Sequence record: MN047793.1
Strand: one strand, 5' to 3'
DNA length: 64,000 nucleotides
Shown: piece after piece, positions 25,242-37,000 of the stretch
Numbering within the stretch: the stretch's first letter is position 1
Layout of the letters: each line of letters begins with the position of its first letter
Translations under genes and position numbers: made by a program
The notes under the pieces: model-generated
What the model saw: only the letters and a program-made list of their open reading frames with translations
The model's database searches: none
What the model was told of the DNA's origin: nothing

Positions 25242-27428
25242 TTATACAATACGTTTAATTACTGTAACGTACCAATTACCTGCTGGCATTGTTAGTGCTG
25301 CACTGGTGACATTAGTTATTTGTATTCTTACCTGATTAGTATCTTTAACGAATGCCGAATAATTCATTCCTGTGAAATCTCCAGTTGGAGATACAAATAC
25401 TGTATCTCCAACTTCTACATCAGGAAGTTGTCCGTCAAGATTGGCACCAAACGTATAAGAAGATTTTTGGGCATCAGGATCACTCCAATTTATGGTGGGG
25501 CTGTATGCTATCATTTCTATAGGACCTTGCATAAAGCTATACGTAGAAGCAGATATCAATGTTCCGTTTGATGCAGACATTTTCACCCACCGTTCAATAT
25601 ACTGTTTATATGAAGGATTGAACAAGGTTAAACCAACTGGTAAGTTATTGTTAATAACTCTATTACCTGTTGATGCAGCATATGGAGTAGAAATAAACCC
25701 AGTGGTTCCAGCGGCTATTGAATATACGGTGTTCTCCATAGCAACAAAAAACACCACGTTTACATTAAGTACAGGGCTATCAATTATATATTTTCCAGTT
25801 CCACCTACATCAGTTAGTTTATTATGTAAAAAATCTACACGGGAAGCTGGAAAATCTCCAGATGTTATTTGTAATGCATTTGAACAACGAGAAATTAGAT
25901 TATCTTTAACTACTATATTGTTACTGGATGCCACTAAAATAGCGGCCTCCATTCTATTACCAACGCCTTGAATGATGTTGTGAGCTACCATAACATTGGA
26001 GCTTCTATTTGATACCATAATCCCATTACGTCCAAAATTTCTAATAATATTATTAGAAATATTAACGTTTGTCTGGATTTCTCCATTAACAAAATTTAAT
26101 AGTACAATAGCATCACTAGAAATATTTGTTGTAGTACTGACGTTATCAAGTACATTATCAGATATGTTAACATTAAAACAGTTGGCACGTATTAGTATTG
26201 GAGTACATGCACCATTCGATGAGGCTACTAATACATTCTCTAATATAGTTACATTATTTGCGTAGTTTATTTCAATGGCCGCATCAATAGCTTCTGTTAT
26301 ATTAAATTGATTACCTACTACGGTTAATCTATCCGCAGATAACGAAGTATCACCTAATACATATATCATATTTTGTGAAGCATATGGTAAACTATTGGTA
26401 AAGATATTATCACTAACATCAATACTTACCATGGATGTTACATACGTACTAACTCCTCCTACATAAACCCCAGGAGCATTTCCATTATCTTCTATAACAT
26501 TATTGATTATACGAATATTACTAATAGACTCATTACTTCCTGTATTTGGTCCGATAATAATTCCACCACCGGTTCGGCCTGCTGCTAATTGTTGTCCTCC
26601 CCAATTAAAAACTCGACACCACTCCATAGTAAAGTTAACAACACTACCACCTCGTAATGATAATCCGAATAGTGATTGTCCAGTATTATCTACTGTAGTT
26701 TGAACCGTAACATTTCCCTTAATTCCTATATGTGATATAGTGACATTATTCAAATCACCAACGCTCGTTAATCCATTAATTCCTGATGGGTTACTAATGT
26801 TGCTCTGTGCTAGAGTCAATACGGTATTGTACATTCCATCACCAATATAAGATTGGTTTGACTTTAATGCTATATTACCATCGATCAAATATGTTCCGGC
26901 AGGGAAGTAAATAGTTCCAGCACCATTATCTGTAATAGCTTTTTGAATGGCGGCAGTATCATTAGCTATACCATCACCAATAGCACCATAATCTAACACA
27001 CTAATTAATTCACCAAATTTTTCGGCTACAGTTCTGTTAACTGTGTTAGTATTTGGCTGTCTTATATACCCTATACTCGCTGATCCATTAGACTCTAACA
27101 AATTATCCAATACTGCATCTAATCTGTCCGCAACTAGTGTCCAATTATTAAGTATAAATTTGTACACATGATTATTTTCAGGAACTAAGGGGTCCAATAC
27201 CATCGCATAAGTATTATCTAATGCGCTGGTGTCCTGCATCATTTGTGCAACACTATTATATGTGTGTAATTTGTTTAATTGTAGATACTCAGTTCTATTA
27301 AGTAATGTTTGTGCTTGCGCATTAGACGGGCCAGAAGGGCCACCAAGCACAGGGGTGTCATTCTCTAATTGTGGTATATCGTCAAATGTAACTGTAGGTG
27401 TTAGAAAGTTTTGAAAATTGTAAGCCAT
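25242..27428 (-). CDS. Tailspike/depolymerase with pectate-lyase-3 right-handed beta-helix
   Basis: ISVLDYGAIGDGIANDTAAIQKAI...IYFPAGTYLI; many I/V/N beta-helix repeats; N-terminal VLGG..G.SN.QA..L.NRT tail-fibre anchor; ATAAATA upstream. Confidence 0.85.
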   Translation of the reverse strand: MAYNFQNFLTPTVTFDDIPQLENDTPVLGGPSGPSNAQAQTLLNRTEYLQLNKLHTYNSVAQMMQDTSALDNTYAMVLDPLVPENNHVYKFILNNWTLVADRLDAVLDNLLESNGSASIGYIRQPNTNTVNRTVAEKFGELISVLDYGAIGDGIANDTAAIQKAITDNGAGTIYFPAGTYLIDGNIALKSNQSYIGDGMYNTVLTLAQSNISNPSGINGLTSVGDLNNVTISHIGIKGNVTVQTTVDNTGQSLFGLSLRGGSVVNFTMEWCRVFNWGGQQLAAGRTGGGIIIGPNTGSNESISNIRIINNVIEDNGNAPGVYVGGVSTYVTSMVSIDVSDNIFTNSLPYASQNMIYVLGDTSLSADRLTVVGNQFNITEAIDAAIEINYANNVTILENVLVASSNGACTPILIRANCFNVNISDNVLDNVSTTTNISSDAIVLLNFVNGEIQTNVNISNNIIRNFGRNGIMVSNRSSNVMVAHNIIQGVGNRMEAAILVASSNNIVVKDNLISRCSNALQITSGDFPASRVDFLHNKLTDVGGTGKYIIDSPVLNVNVVFFVAMENTVYSIAAGTTGFISTPYAASTGNRVINNNLPVGLTLFNPSYKQYIERWVKMSASNGTLISASTYSFMQGPIEMIAYSPTINWSDPDAQKSSYTFGANLDGQLPDVEVGDTVFVSPTGDFTGMNYSAFVKDTNQVRIQITNVTSAALTMPAGNWYVTVIKRIV

Positions 27429-27456
27429 GATAATTCCTAGTTTTATTATTTATTAC

Positions 27457-29727
27457 TTAAGATATACCATCATAATTATTACTTCCATCATATAACGTAT
27501 CGCCATTATATGTTAAAGTCATTACCGATAGTGATGGAGTCGGGGTTGGCGTTGGTGTAGGTGTCGGCGTTGTAGTGTTTGATGGAGATAACGATGGCGT
27601 TGGTGTAGGTGTCACTGGAGGCGGCGTGATTCCACTACCCCAACTAATGATGTTACCGTCATTTAGTAGTGCAATAGTAAATCCATATCCAGCATCAATC
27701 GCTTTAACATTAGATAGACCAACGGGAACATTAGTCTGACCAAATTCATTGTTACCCCAGGCAACTACGGTACCATCATTCTTAAGTACAGTTACATGTA
27801 CTTTCCGATGCTGATTGTCTGGCTGACCCATTGACCCAGAACCTAGAACGACTTGCTTAACATCATTTAATCCATCAGGAGCAAGTAGCTGACCACTTGT
27901 GTTATCACCCCAAATAGTTACAGTACCATCAACCCCTAATGCAGCAGCGTTCACCCCCACAACATCAATACCCTTATAAGGTTGGTCGCGTGGCACATTT
28001 AATAGGATTGATCTAGTGGGTTCAGTGATAGATGGTTGTGGGACAATCTCTACCGTACCGTCACTTAATAAGTATAGTACTGAATCTTGAGCGCGAATCT
28101 GGAAAATTCTACCATCAAGTTCTGGTCGGTCTTTTGCTAAAATGTTACCAGTCTGCGAGTTCCATGCAACCAACGTATTATCTGTAGTAATAGCAAAACT
28201 ATTGATAACTCCAGAAGTTACGTACTTGAAATTATTACCAGCGGGTGCAACTGATGAGGAGGTATTAGACCCCCAACTGAACAGACTACCATCCTCTAAT
28301 AATGCAATAGATTGTGAACCGCCAGCTGAAACGCTCTTAGGTGGAGACGAGAAGGTGGCAGGAACATTTAATTGTCCACTTGAATTATTTCCCCAAGCAG
28401 TTATTTTCTTATCATCTAATAATGCCATTGCATGAGTAAGACCTGCAACAATACTAATATTGTTTTCTACAGGTATTGACGATTGTGTGACTGATGGTGT
28501 CGGCGTGAACGTTACCGTTGGGGTTATCGTTGGTGTACGTGTGGTTGTTGGTGTACGCGTCATGGTGGGCGTCATAGACGGCACTGGCGTTGGGGTAAAT
28601 GATGGGGGTGGTAAATCTGCAATAAAAATCTGCAAAATTTCACTAATAGCAGCATTTACGTTAAATGGCTTAGGCTCAGAGCACTCATTTAAACCATCTG
28701 ATCCGGCACCCGTTTCATACCCATATAATTTAAGAGTAGAAGTACCAGAATTAGATAGAGTACCATCTACCACAATGACAGTGTTGCCCGTAGGCACATC
28801 TAACCATGCTTGGGTAATTTTCCATTCCCCATTATTACCTTCGATTGAATCATCTTCGATCCATATTTTACGGTTTGGTACCAAACCAGTACGCAGCATG
28901 ATCGCACCATGTACTGATTCGTTAATTAATCGTGCTTGCGTTTCTGGCTCAAGAATTAAATGGGTATCTCCCCCAACAATTGAATATCCAGAGATTTGAT
29001 ATACACCGTTATTCTTGTTATTGGTATCAATCAATAATGTACCAATTGTAGTAGCTGGAAATACTCGATTTGATACTACAGTTGTTATATTGGTAATAGC
29101 ATTATGTGTAGCATTTACTACACCATAAGCACCATCATTTAATGAAGAATTTTGCAACTCGAAATTGGTTTTAGATAAGAACAGTGCAGCGTAATCGCCA
29201 GACACTGTTAATGTGTTACCAGTAATACTTAATACTGGTAGTGAATTTTTTCTAACTACCCAGAACATTTCGTGTCGGCTGAAGTAATCTGATTGATCAC
29301 CAGCGACAACAATGGTTCCTGTAGATGGAATGGACTTAATATTTAAGTAGGTATCATGTAAACGTTGCCCTTGTACCGTTATTTCTGCGGAAAGACCGTT
29401 TACATTGAGAATAGGGGCTGTTAATAGAAGGTCAGAGTTATCGAATATTAAACCAAAACCACCAATACATTCGAATAAGTCACAACAGTCTAATGCATCG
29501 AAACCACAATCGTCATCGAAGTTTAGACCGAACCCAACTCCCTTACAGAGTGGATCATTTTCCATCGCAAGTTGCAGATCAATGTGTTCTTTGATATCGA
29601 CATCGATGGATTCAGTAAAAATATACTGTTCAACAATTTCAAGAATCTTCGTATGGTACGGCTTGATATCACCAAAATATTTGATGAATGAGTCGATAGG
29701 TCGAATGATTGATGAATCGCAAGCCAT
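27457..29727 (-). CDS. Probable virion protein with RCC1/BLIP-II repeats flanked by Pro/Thr linkers
   Basis: Repeated I.AG..H..AL..DG.V.AWG.N..GQ..VP; N-terminal KPYHTKI; late promoter at 29752-29758. Confidence 0.75.
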   Translation of the reverse strand: MACDSSIIRPIDSFIKYFGDIKPYHTKILEIVEQYIFTESIDVDIKEHIDLQLAMENDPLCKGVGFGLNFDDDCGFDALDCCDLFECIGGFGLIFDNSDLLLTAPILNVNGLSAEITVQGQRLHDTYLNIKSIPSTGTIVVAGDQSDYFSRHEMFWVVRKNSLPVLSITGNTLTVSGDYAALFLSKTNFELQNSSLNDGAYGVVNATHNAITNITTVVSNRVFPATTIGTLLIDTNNKNNGVYQISGYSIVGGDTHLILEPETQARLINESVHGAIMLRTGLVPNRKIWIEDDSIEGNNGEWKITQAWLDVPTGNTVIVVDGTLSNSGTSTLKLYGYETGAGSDGLNECSEPKPFNVNAAISEILQIFIADLPPPSFTPTPVPSMTPTMTRTPTTTRTPTITPTVTFTPTPSVTQSSIPVENNISIVAGLTHAMALLDDKKITAWGNNSSGQLNVPATFSSPPKSVSAGGSQSIALLEDGSLFSWGSNTSSSVAPAGNNFKYVTSGVINSFAITTDNTLVAWNSQTGNILAKDRPELDGRIFQIRAQDSVLYLLSDGTVEIVPQPSITEPTRSILLNVPRDQPYKGIDVVGVNAAALGVDGTVTIWGDNTSGQLLAPDGLNDVKQVVLGSGSMGQPDNQHRKVHVTVLKNDGTVVAWGNNEFGQTNVPVGLSNVKAIDAGYGFTIALLNDGNIISWGSGITPPPVTPTPTPSLSPSNTTTPTPTPTPTPTPSLSVMTLTYNGDTLYDGSNNYDGIS

Positions 29728-29773
29728 TTAAGTTTCCAATATGAACTTGCTTATTTATTGCTTGGGATTTTGA

Positions 29774-30022
29774 TTATGAAATAATCTTTTTAACTTCTGA
29801 AAAAAACTTTTCAGTAAGTGAAGAACTCCCTTCAAGCTCCATTTTATTTCGACGGGCAGCATCAACCATATCAGTTAACGCAGCAAACTGTCTCTGTGAT
29901 TGTAGCATTGCTTTAACATCAGCAGATGTTACATCACTCGCATTGATTTTGATAAATGACTTATGCATAGAAAATGTCCTTGTGGATGGCTTTGTCGATG
30001 TCATGTGAATATTTATAGTCAC
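29774..30022 (-). CDS. Hypothetical protein
   Basis: ORF between the primase and virion genes. Confidence 0.45.
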   Translation of the reverse strand: MTINIHMTSTKPSTRTFSMHKSFIKINASDVTSADVKAMLQSQRQFAALTDMVDAARRNKMELEGSSSLTEKFFSEVKKIIS

Positions 30023-30084
30023 ATATTAATTATAGACTAAGTTGTTGATTAATAAACAAAAGTAAGTTTCAAAAGTGTGACGTA

Positions 30085-31119
30085 TTACACAAAACGGCAC
30101 ATCATTTTAGCTTCTTGACCAAAATATGTCTTTTTAACCAACGAATTTAGGACATGCAACTTTCCAAATTTTAGAATTCCCTCACAAATATCCTTGCTGC
30201 TTGATCCAATTTCGGGTAATGACACCCCCCATCCTTGTTCAATTACTCCTAGATCAATCAATTTACTACTGTCTGAATTACGGTCGGGTACAATTACTTT
30301 TCGTCGTGGAGACTTATTGAGTATTTCAATTTGATTAACTGTTAGGTTATTTTCCATGACTGCCACACCATCTACATGAATTGCATCCATGGCCCCCTCA
30401 AATACATATAGTGGTCTATCCAAGTTCCTATACAATTGGTCCATGTTGAAAATGATATTAGTTTTTGGAACATCCATATTGATATATTTCTTGGGGGATT
30501 TATTATCTAATGCTCTAGCCTGATAGTAAATCATTTTACCATTTTTGAAATAAGGAATAATCAATCTGCCAGCTAATGTTTTAGCAATTGCTACTTGCCG
30601 AATATCTTCATTCTTGACTATACCAGTAGACAAGTAAAATGGATATGAATCCTGAGTAAGAGCATATTTTTCACGTAAAAATTTACGGGCAGCATTAGCT
30701 ACTACATTGTCTAATGCTGCATCTGCTAAAGGATAGAAGTGTTCTGGGATATCAAAATATTGTACCGGGATGAACTTCTTCTCCGGCTTCTTAACATTAT
30801 TTGATTTGTCAGCAGACATTTTATCAGCATAAGCAACGGCGTTATATTCACGTTGCGGAATTCCAAATGCCTCAAAAATTTTACGCATATCCTTCGAAAA
30901 AGGATGCTCTCGATGTGGGTCAAAGTTACCATCAACCCCACAGTTAAAACAGTTATAGAAGGCCATATCGCCTTCAAAAATCCAACCACCACGCGGACCT
31001 TTGGTCCGCTTTCCGTCGCCGCATACCTCACAATAACAACGGCTCCACCCTTTCGGGTTAATGCCATACGAGAAGTTTACATAAGAATTTACTAAATCGG
31101 AGACTGACTTATCACTCAT
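30085..31119 (-). CDS. DNA primase (T4 gp61-like, Zn finger plus TOPRIM)
   Basis: CEVC...CFNC zinc finger, LIIPY, YYQARAL, YVFEGAMDAI and PDRN. Confidence 0.8.
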   Translation of the reverse strand: MSDKSVSDLVNSYVNFSYGINPKGWSRCYCEVCGDGKRTKGPRGGWIFEGDMAFYNCFNCGVDGNFDPHREHPFSKDMRKIFEAFGIPQREYNAVAYADKMSADKSNNVKKPEKKFIPVQYFDIPEHFYPLADAALDNVVANAARKFLREKYALTQDSYPFYLSTGIVKNEDIRQVAIAKTLAGRLIIPYFKNGKMIYYQARALDNKSPKKYINMDVPKTNIIFNMDQLYRNLDRPLYVFEGAMDAIHVDGVAVMENNLTVNQIEILNKSPRRKVIVPDRNSDSSKLIDLGVIEQGWGVSLPEIGSSSKDICEGILKFGKLHVLNSLVKKTYFGQEAKMMCRFV

Positions 31120-31136
31120 TCTCCGATTATAGCATT

Positions 31137-31847
31137 TTATTTCCTACGATTCAAGCTTGTCTTTTTTGCAGATGTGCTTTTACGTGCTTTGATCGGTGTG
31201 ACTTCCACTTCTTCCATTTCGACATCAGAGACGCTTCCTGCCACAGTCAAAGCATCACTCTCAGAGCCAAGAATTTCACGACCAGCTTTTGATAAACGTT
31301 CCTGTACTTCTTGTGAAGATAGCCATAGGTCTTTCCCTTCTAGCATATTCTCAATTTCACGCTTAGTCATCAAATCGGCATAAATGCTGTACGCCAGTTC
31401 ATCAAAATAACGCTCTGTGAATTTTACTTGTACTGCCACATCTGACCCCTTGCCCTCTACACCATGGCTGTACTTATGTACCATGAACGCACCAAATGGA
31501 TTAATGATGTGCTTGTGACCTGCAAGGAAGATAATGGTAGCTGCTGAACATGCTTCACCTTCAAGGCAAGTAATTACTGTTCCGCCACAATTTTGAATTG
31601 CATTGATGATCTGGATTGCTGTGTAAAGATTTCCACCGACACTGTTGATGTAAATGAAGATGGTATCATGCTCTTCGGCGGTCTTCAACGTATGTACTAA
31701 ATCTAAGTACTTTTCCGGGTCTCCGATAGCACCTAATAGGTAAAAATGGCTTACCGCAATCTGGACAACTTGTCTGTAGCTCGGAATCTTTTCGCTTCCC
31801 ATCTGTGGGAGTAGTAGCAGTTCGGCGTCGTCGCTATTGTTTCTCAT
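31137..31847 (-). CDS. clpP: ClpP-like serine peptidase
   Basis: IYINSVGGNL, GEACSAATIIFLAG and FMVH. Confidence 0.85.
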   Translation of the reverse strand: MRNNSDDAELLLLPQMGSEKIPSYRQVVQIAVSHFYLLGAIGDPEKYLDLVHTLKTAEEHDTIFIYINSVGGNLYTAIQIINAIQNCGGTVITCLEGEACSAATIIFLAGHKHIINPFGAFMVHKYSHGVEGKGSDVAVQVKFTERYFDELAYSIYADLMTKREIENMLEGKDLWLSSQEVQERLSKAGREILGSESDALTVAGSVSDVEMEEVEVTPIKARKSTSAKKTSLNRRK

Positions 31848-31994
31848 TAAATTGTCCTATAGTTGTCGGATTTCTCCTACACATATTTATGAGACAATTT
31901 TTCTTAAAGAAAAAGCCTAGACGTATCAAGGTCTAGGCTCTTAATTAATTATAAACTATTGATTTTATGCAAGAATTATTCCATTATAATTTCT

Positions 31995-33911
31995 TTATAG
32001 GTTATACTTATCCTTGAAGTCATCCGGTGTCATAACCGTAACTCCAAGGTCACGAGCCTTCTTGGATTTACCAGAATTACTAGAAGCATCCATAGTCAGT
32101 AGGTATGTCGTTTTCTTTGAAACACCTGACCCAATACGTCCACCACGGCGCTCGATTTCTGCCGCTAGGTCTGCATCACGAAATCCTGTCATAACTACAG
32201 TGACATCATTCAATTCTGAGGTCTTTACCACTTTAACCAATTCCAGACTGCCAGAATCCATCAATTGATTCAGTAATTCATGTGTGGGCTTTAGTCCTGC
32301 ATAAATTGGCCCTGCACTCTTAGCATCAAAACCTTCCATCATAGCAATTTGGGTAGGCGTTAACTTCCATACGTCAGCTTCTGAGACATTAGACAATAGC
32401 GCCTTGGCTTTACGAATACCAAAGCCTACTCCCATGTATTTGACTGCACCCATGAATGTCGCCAATTCCAGATTCTGTAGACGACGCTGTAGACTGTTGA
32501 AACTCTTTAGTCCATTACTACCGATTGCCTTCTCCCATTCTGCCGCCTTCAGGTCGATGATAATTAGTAGAATGTCCTCATAGCTTTCATTCCATAGCTT
32601 ATATGCATCGAACAGCTTGGACAGACTGGACTCTTTCAATAGTTCAACATTCAACTTCTCTACAAAATCGAGAACCTGCTTAAACCTTACGGTAGGATTG
32701 GTTTCTGCGTCAGCCAGAATGATTTCCACATCATTATCATTCCATACCCACTTACCAAATTTTGCTTCGTCAGGTAGGTCGGTCTTAATAGATTTAGTAA
32801 GCGTCTCAACGATATATGGAATAACTGTACCACTTTTGGTAATACGGATAGTTGCCCCAGGACCAATACCATTATCTCGAATAAATTTACCATTAAATCC
32901 CGTAGCATAAGTTACCGTTGAACCAAATAGGTCAACTGGAATAATTTCGACTCGCGGTTTTAGATAGCCAGACTTAGAAATTTCCCAAATAACACGACGG
33001 ACTTCAGCAGTAACGATAGAGCTATCATCATTCACCTTGAACTTGCATGAATGTTCTGGGTTTAGTGATACACTATTACGCTGACCAACTGCCTCACCAA
33101 TATCTTCAGCAGTAATTACAATACCGTCCAATTCATAGTCACTGTCAATACGACTCTGCTTAAGGATGTTTGTCATGTACTCATCACCAAACTTAAGCGT
33201 AACCGTAGTCTTGATGAATGGTACTACTTGAAACCCTAGTGCTTCCAGTTTTTCTAGCTGAGTACTCTTAGTCTTCTCCGCAGTTCCATTGGTTGCGACA
33301 ATCTCATAGGCAATAAAGTCAATGTCCGCAATCTGCGCATCTATCGACTCCGTACGATTCATGGTTCCTGCCACCATACCGCGTGGATTCTTGAACTTAC
33401 CCGCCCAATTATCCTTGAACGTATCATTCTTCATGATGAGTTCACCACGAATGACCATGTAATCCTCGCCAGGAATCTTCAAGGGAAGATTTTTAATCTT
33501 ACGAACATGGCGAGTGATGTCGGCACCTTCAGTACCGTTACCACGGCTGTAAGCAATTTCCAATTCCCCATTACGGTATACCAGCATATTACTAATACCG
33601 TCTAATTTGTCAGTAATGACAATTGACTTATTTAACAATGAATACTTCTGACACCATGCCAGAAACCCGCCCCCAAGGTCTACTTGGTCAAGGGAACCCA
33701 TGGTGTACGGGAGCTTAATTTTTCCACCGCGAACATCTGAGCCGATACGGGAGAAATACACATGTGATGGATTGATAGAGAACGCCCGCTTTTTAAGGCG
33801 GTCATACTCACTATCAGTCATAGTGTCAGGGGTGGTGGAATTGAAATATGCATCATCCGCCTGCGTTAACAGGTCAATGATGTCTTCGAAATCTAGAGCG
33901 GTGGATGTCAT
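31995..33911 (-). CDS. ligA: NAD-dependent DNA ligase
   Basis: YFN...D.EYD, KLDG, SRGNG.EG.DIT, IRGEL, NPRGMVAG, ELDGIV and C-terminal BRCT (VVMTGFR...GVSKKT). Confidence 0.95.
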   Translation of the reverse strand: MTSTALDFEDIIDLLTQADDAYFNSTTPDTMTDSEYDRLKKRAFSINPSHVYFSRIGSDVRGGKIKLPYTMGSLDQVDLGGGFLAWCQKYSLLNKSIVITDKLDGISNMLVYRNGELEIAYSRGNGTEGADITRHVRKIKNLPLKIPGEDYMVIRGELIMKNDTFKDNWAGKFKNPRGMVAGTMNRTESIDAQIADIDFIAYEIVATNGTAEKTKSTQLEKLEALGFQVVPFIKTTVTLKFGDEYMTNILKQSRIDSDYELDGIVITAEDIGEAVGQRNSVSLNPEHSCKFKVNDDSSIVTAEVRRVIWEISKSGYLKPRVEIIPVDLFGSTVTYATGFNGKFIRDNGIGPGATIRITKSGTVIPYIVETLTKSIKTDLPDEAKFGKWVWNDNDVEIILADAETNPTVRFKQVLDFVEKLNVELLKESSLSKLFDAYKLWNESYEDILLIIIDLKAAEWEKAIGSNGLKSFNSLQRRLQNLELATFMGAVKYMGVGFGIRKAKALLSNVSEADVWKLTPTQIAMMEGFDAKSAGPIYAGLKPTHELLNQLMDSGSLELVKVVKTSELNDVTVVMTGFRDADLAAEIERRGGRIGSGVSKKTTYLLTMDASSNSGKSKKARDLGVTVMTPDDFKDKYNL

Positions 33912-34007
33912 TTGGAAAGTTCCTTAACTATTTTTCGAATTATAACAAAAGAATGCATGGGATGCAATACCCTAATAATAAATACGATGATACCATGAGA
34001 ATTCCAA

Positions 34008-37000
34008 ATGCATAATGCTTCGTATAAATTTCAAATTGACCAGTCAGTATTCATTTTAAATAAAGATGAAGGCAGTATTCTTTCAGCCAAAATTGTTCAA
34101 TTAAATATTGATCTTTATGGTGCTACAGCCGATGATAGCCAAAAAACATATCTCGTAGTCCTTTTAACAGACACGGCGTGCACACAATGTCAAATTTTAG
34201 AATACAGTGAAGATGTTATTTACGCTACACTGTTCGAGGCTAATTTAGCATTACAAGAATATCGTGGAGAAATTCCTTCATACCAAATTTTTTATCAATT
34301 TGAACCCAACGATAACGTTTATGTGGTTGATCGTCAAGCATTTCAAGTAAATTCTGGTAAAGTTGTTACTGTAAATCTCAAGAGCTTTTTACAAAATAAT
34401 ACTATCAAAGTAAATGTAGATTATAGCGTTCTGGTTAAATCAAGTAACTCAGTGGTTTTGGTTGATGGCGATGATATCTTCGCGTCATCTTCTACTGCGT
34501 CAGGGTCCCTGTATCGTAGTCCTACTCCAACACCTACACGAACCATTACCCCAACTCCTACACAAACCCGTACACCTACAGCCAGTGTAACGGTAACACC
34601 TACACAAACACAGACAGCTACCCCAAGTGCTACTGCGGCAGTTTCGCCAACTCCTGTGGAATCTGCCACGCCAACTCCAACGGTAAGTACTACTGTGTCA
34701 GGAACACCTAGCGCCTCAGTTACACCGACACCAACCGTATCAACCACAGCATCCGTAACTCCAGATGTAACAGTAACACCGACCCCGGAAGTATCTTCTA
34801 CTCCAGCAGTAACAACAACAGTCACACCTACCGTTACTACAACAGTAACCCCATCTACTACTGTATCAGTCACACCGTCACCAACGGTTTCTGCAACTAT
34901 GGGGGTATCGGTTACACCATCTGCTACAGTAACTCCTACACCTTCAGTTTCAGAATCTGTAGGGGTTACACAAACTCCGGTGGTAACATCATCACCAACA
35001 CCAACAGTTACAGCATCTAGCACTCCAACACCTACTGCATCCAGTGGTGTAACTGTAACGCCAACTGGTACTCCAGTGGCTTCAGCAACTCCCACCCCGA
35101 CTATTAGTGCAACAGTAACTGCGACAGTTACTGCAACTCCTACTGCCTCTAACGCAAGCGTTACACCATCTGCAACGCCTACGCCTACAGTAACACCTTC
35201 TACAGTAGCGGCGGGTACTCCAGATGGCCCAGAAGCTGCACTAATTTCTCCGGCAGTAGTGTCAAGAATGTCAACATATTCTTCTCCTACTAAAATCGGA
35301 TCAATTCAACCTGCTCCAGCATGGATGACATCAGGAAACGGAATTTATTGGGGCGATCAAGTAAAGGCTTCATCACCATCATTCCCTGATCGTCGCTTTA
35401 ACTATTTCTCAACGGACCATGCTGAAGGAACTGGTGGTATTGGTATTACTGTTTGCGTTGGTGATCCATCTGTTCTTACTAACTGGAAAGTTTACGATGA
35501 TGCCGTTGATGCGGGTTGGCTAGCCGATATCCCAAATCTACCAGCTAAGGGTGGACCAATATTCACAGGATTTGGCGGTGAAGGTAATCAGTACGAAACT
35601 CCTTGCGTAAACAAAGTGGGTGGTGAATTCTTAATGACATACCAAGCAACTAATGTTCCTGGCGCTCGTAACCAAGCAACATTAATTGCAGTATCTCCAA
35701 ATGGTGTGTCCAATTGGACGGGTACACATTCCCCATTGATGCAAGTTCCGGCTAGTGAAATTATCGGTGACGGCCACCATGGCTACATGAAATGGGGTCC
35801 AAATCCATTCCCACGATCAAACGTACCATATGACTATGTTGCTTACTCATTAGTAGGCGGACAATCTCGTTCAACTCAAGCCATGTGGGGTTCAAATGCT
35901 CCAAAAACTACATGGGTGTTCTTAGGTGGTATTGGTAAAATTTCTGGTCGTGCAACTCCATCAAACCGTTTTGCTACTAACTCGGATCGTTACAAGCTTG
36001 CTGGTACAGCCATCGATGTTAAGTCATTCCGTCAAACCCGTCAGGGTTACGCTGCAATGGGTGAATTTGCTGGTGTGGGTTCTGGTGCAACTGCACGTCC
36101 TGGCGAAATGTATGAGTTCCTATTTGCTGCTGACGGTAAGACGATTATCGGTCGTCCACAACTAGTAATTCCACGTGGTGCAGCGGGTTCAATCGATAAT
36201 GGTGAAGCCGCAACTGGTTCTGTATTAACCTTCGGAAATAAGAGCATAATTATCTACAATGCAGCGAATAGCTCAAATGCTAAGGTAAGTGCTCTTGCTG
36301 TATCGCCACTAGGTAATGCTATGAACACATGGTTCAATACCCAGTCTCCAGCTATTCCTCCAGCAAGTAAGATTACTACCAAAACATTTGACTTTAAAGG
36401 TGCATCTGCATTACCTGCGGGATTAACTGCGGTCAGTGCTGGTACTACCCTACCAACACCATCATTTTCTACTGATGGGTTATCTGTAACTGTTGATGGT
36501 ACCATGGCAACCAAGGGCGAATATCATGTATTCGAAGATGAAGGCTTTGACCCATTAACCACTGAATATGTAGATATCATGATCGATGGCTGGTCAACTA
36601 CTTCTAGTGCTGCGTACCGTCACCCATACATTGGGTTTTCCACCACAAAGTCACTTCGTGCAAGCTTCACTGATGCACTATTTGTAGGTACTGGCGAAAC
36701 CACCACTGCCACCATGGGCTACCAAGCTATCGCTGCTGGTGCACAACCAGTAACTGCTGGCACAAGTGAAGACTATTGGGGCGTTGGTTATGGTACGTCA
36801 GCTTTTGGTACCATGGCATTCCCGAAGAAAATGGTAGGTGTACGTATCTATCCAAAAGATAACATCGCATATATCTTAGGCGAAGGTGGCGTTGAACAAC
36901 AAGAATTCAAAGTAAGCGGCTCAAGCATGATGACCGCGTTTGACAAAACCAAACGGTGGTATCCATTCTTCGGATTCTTAGGTACGGAAGTATCTGCGGC

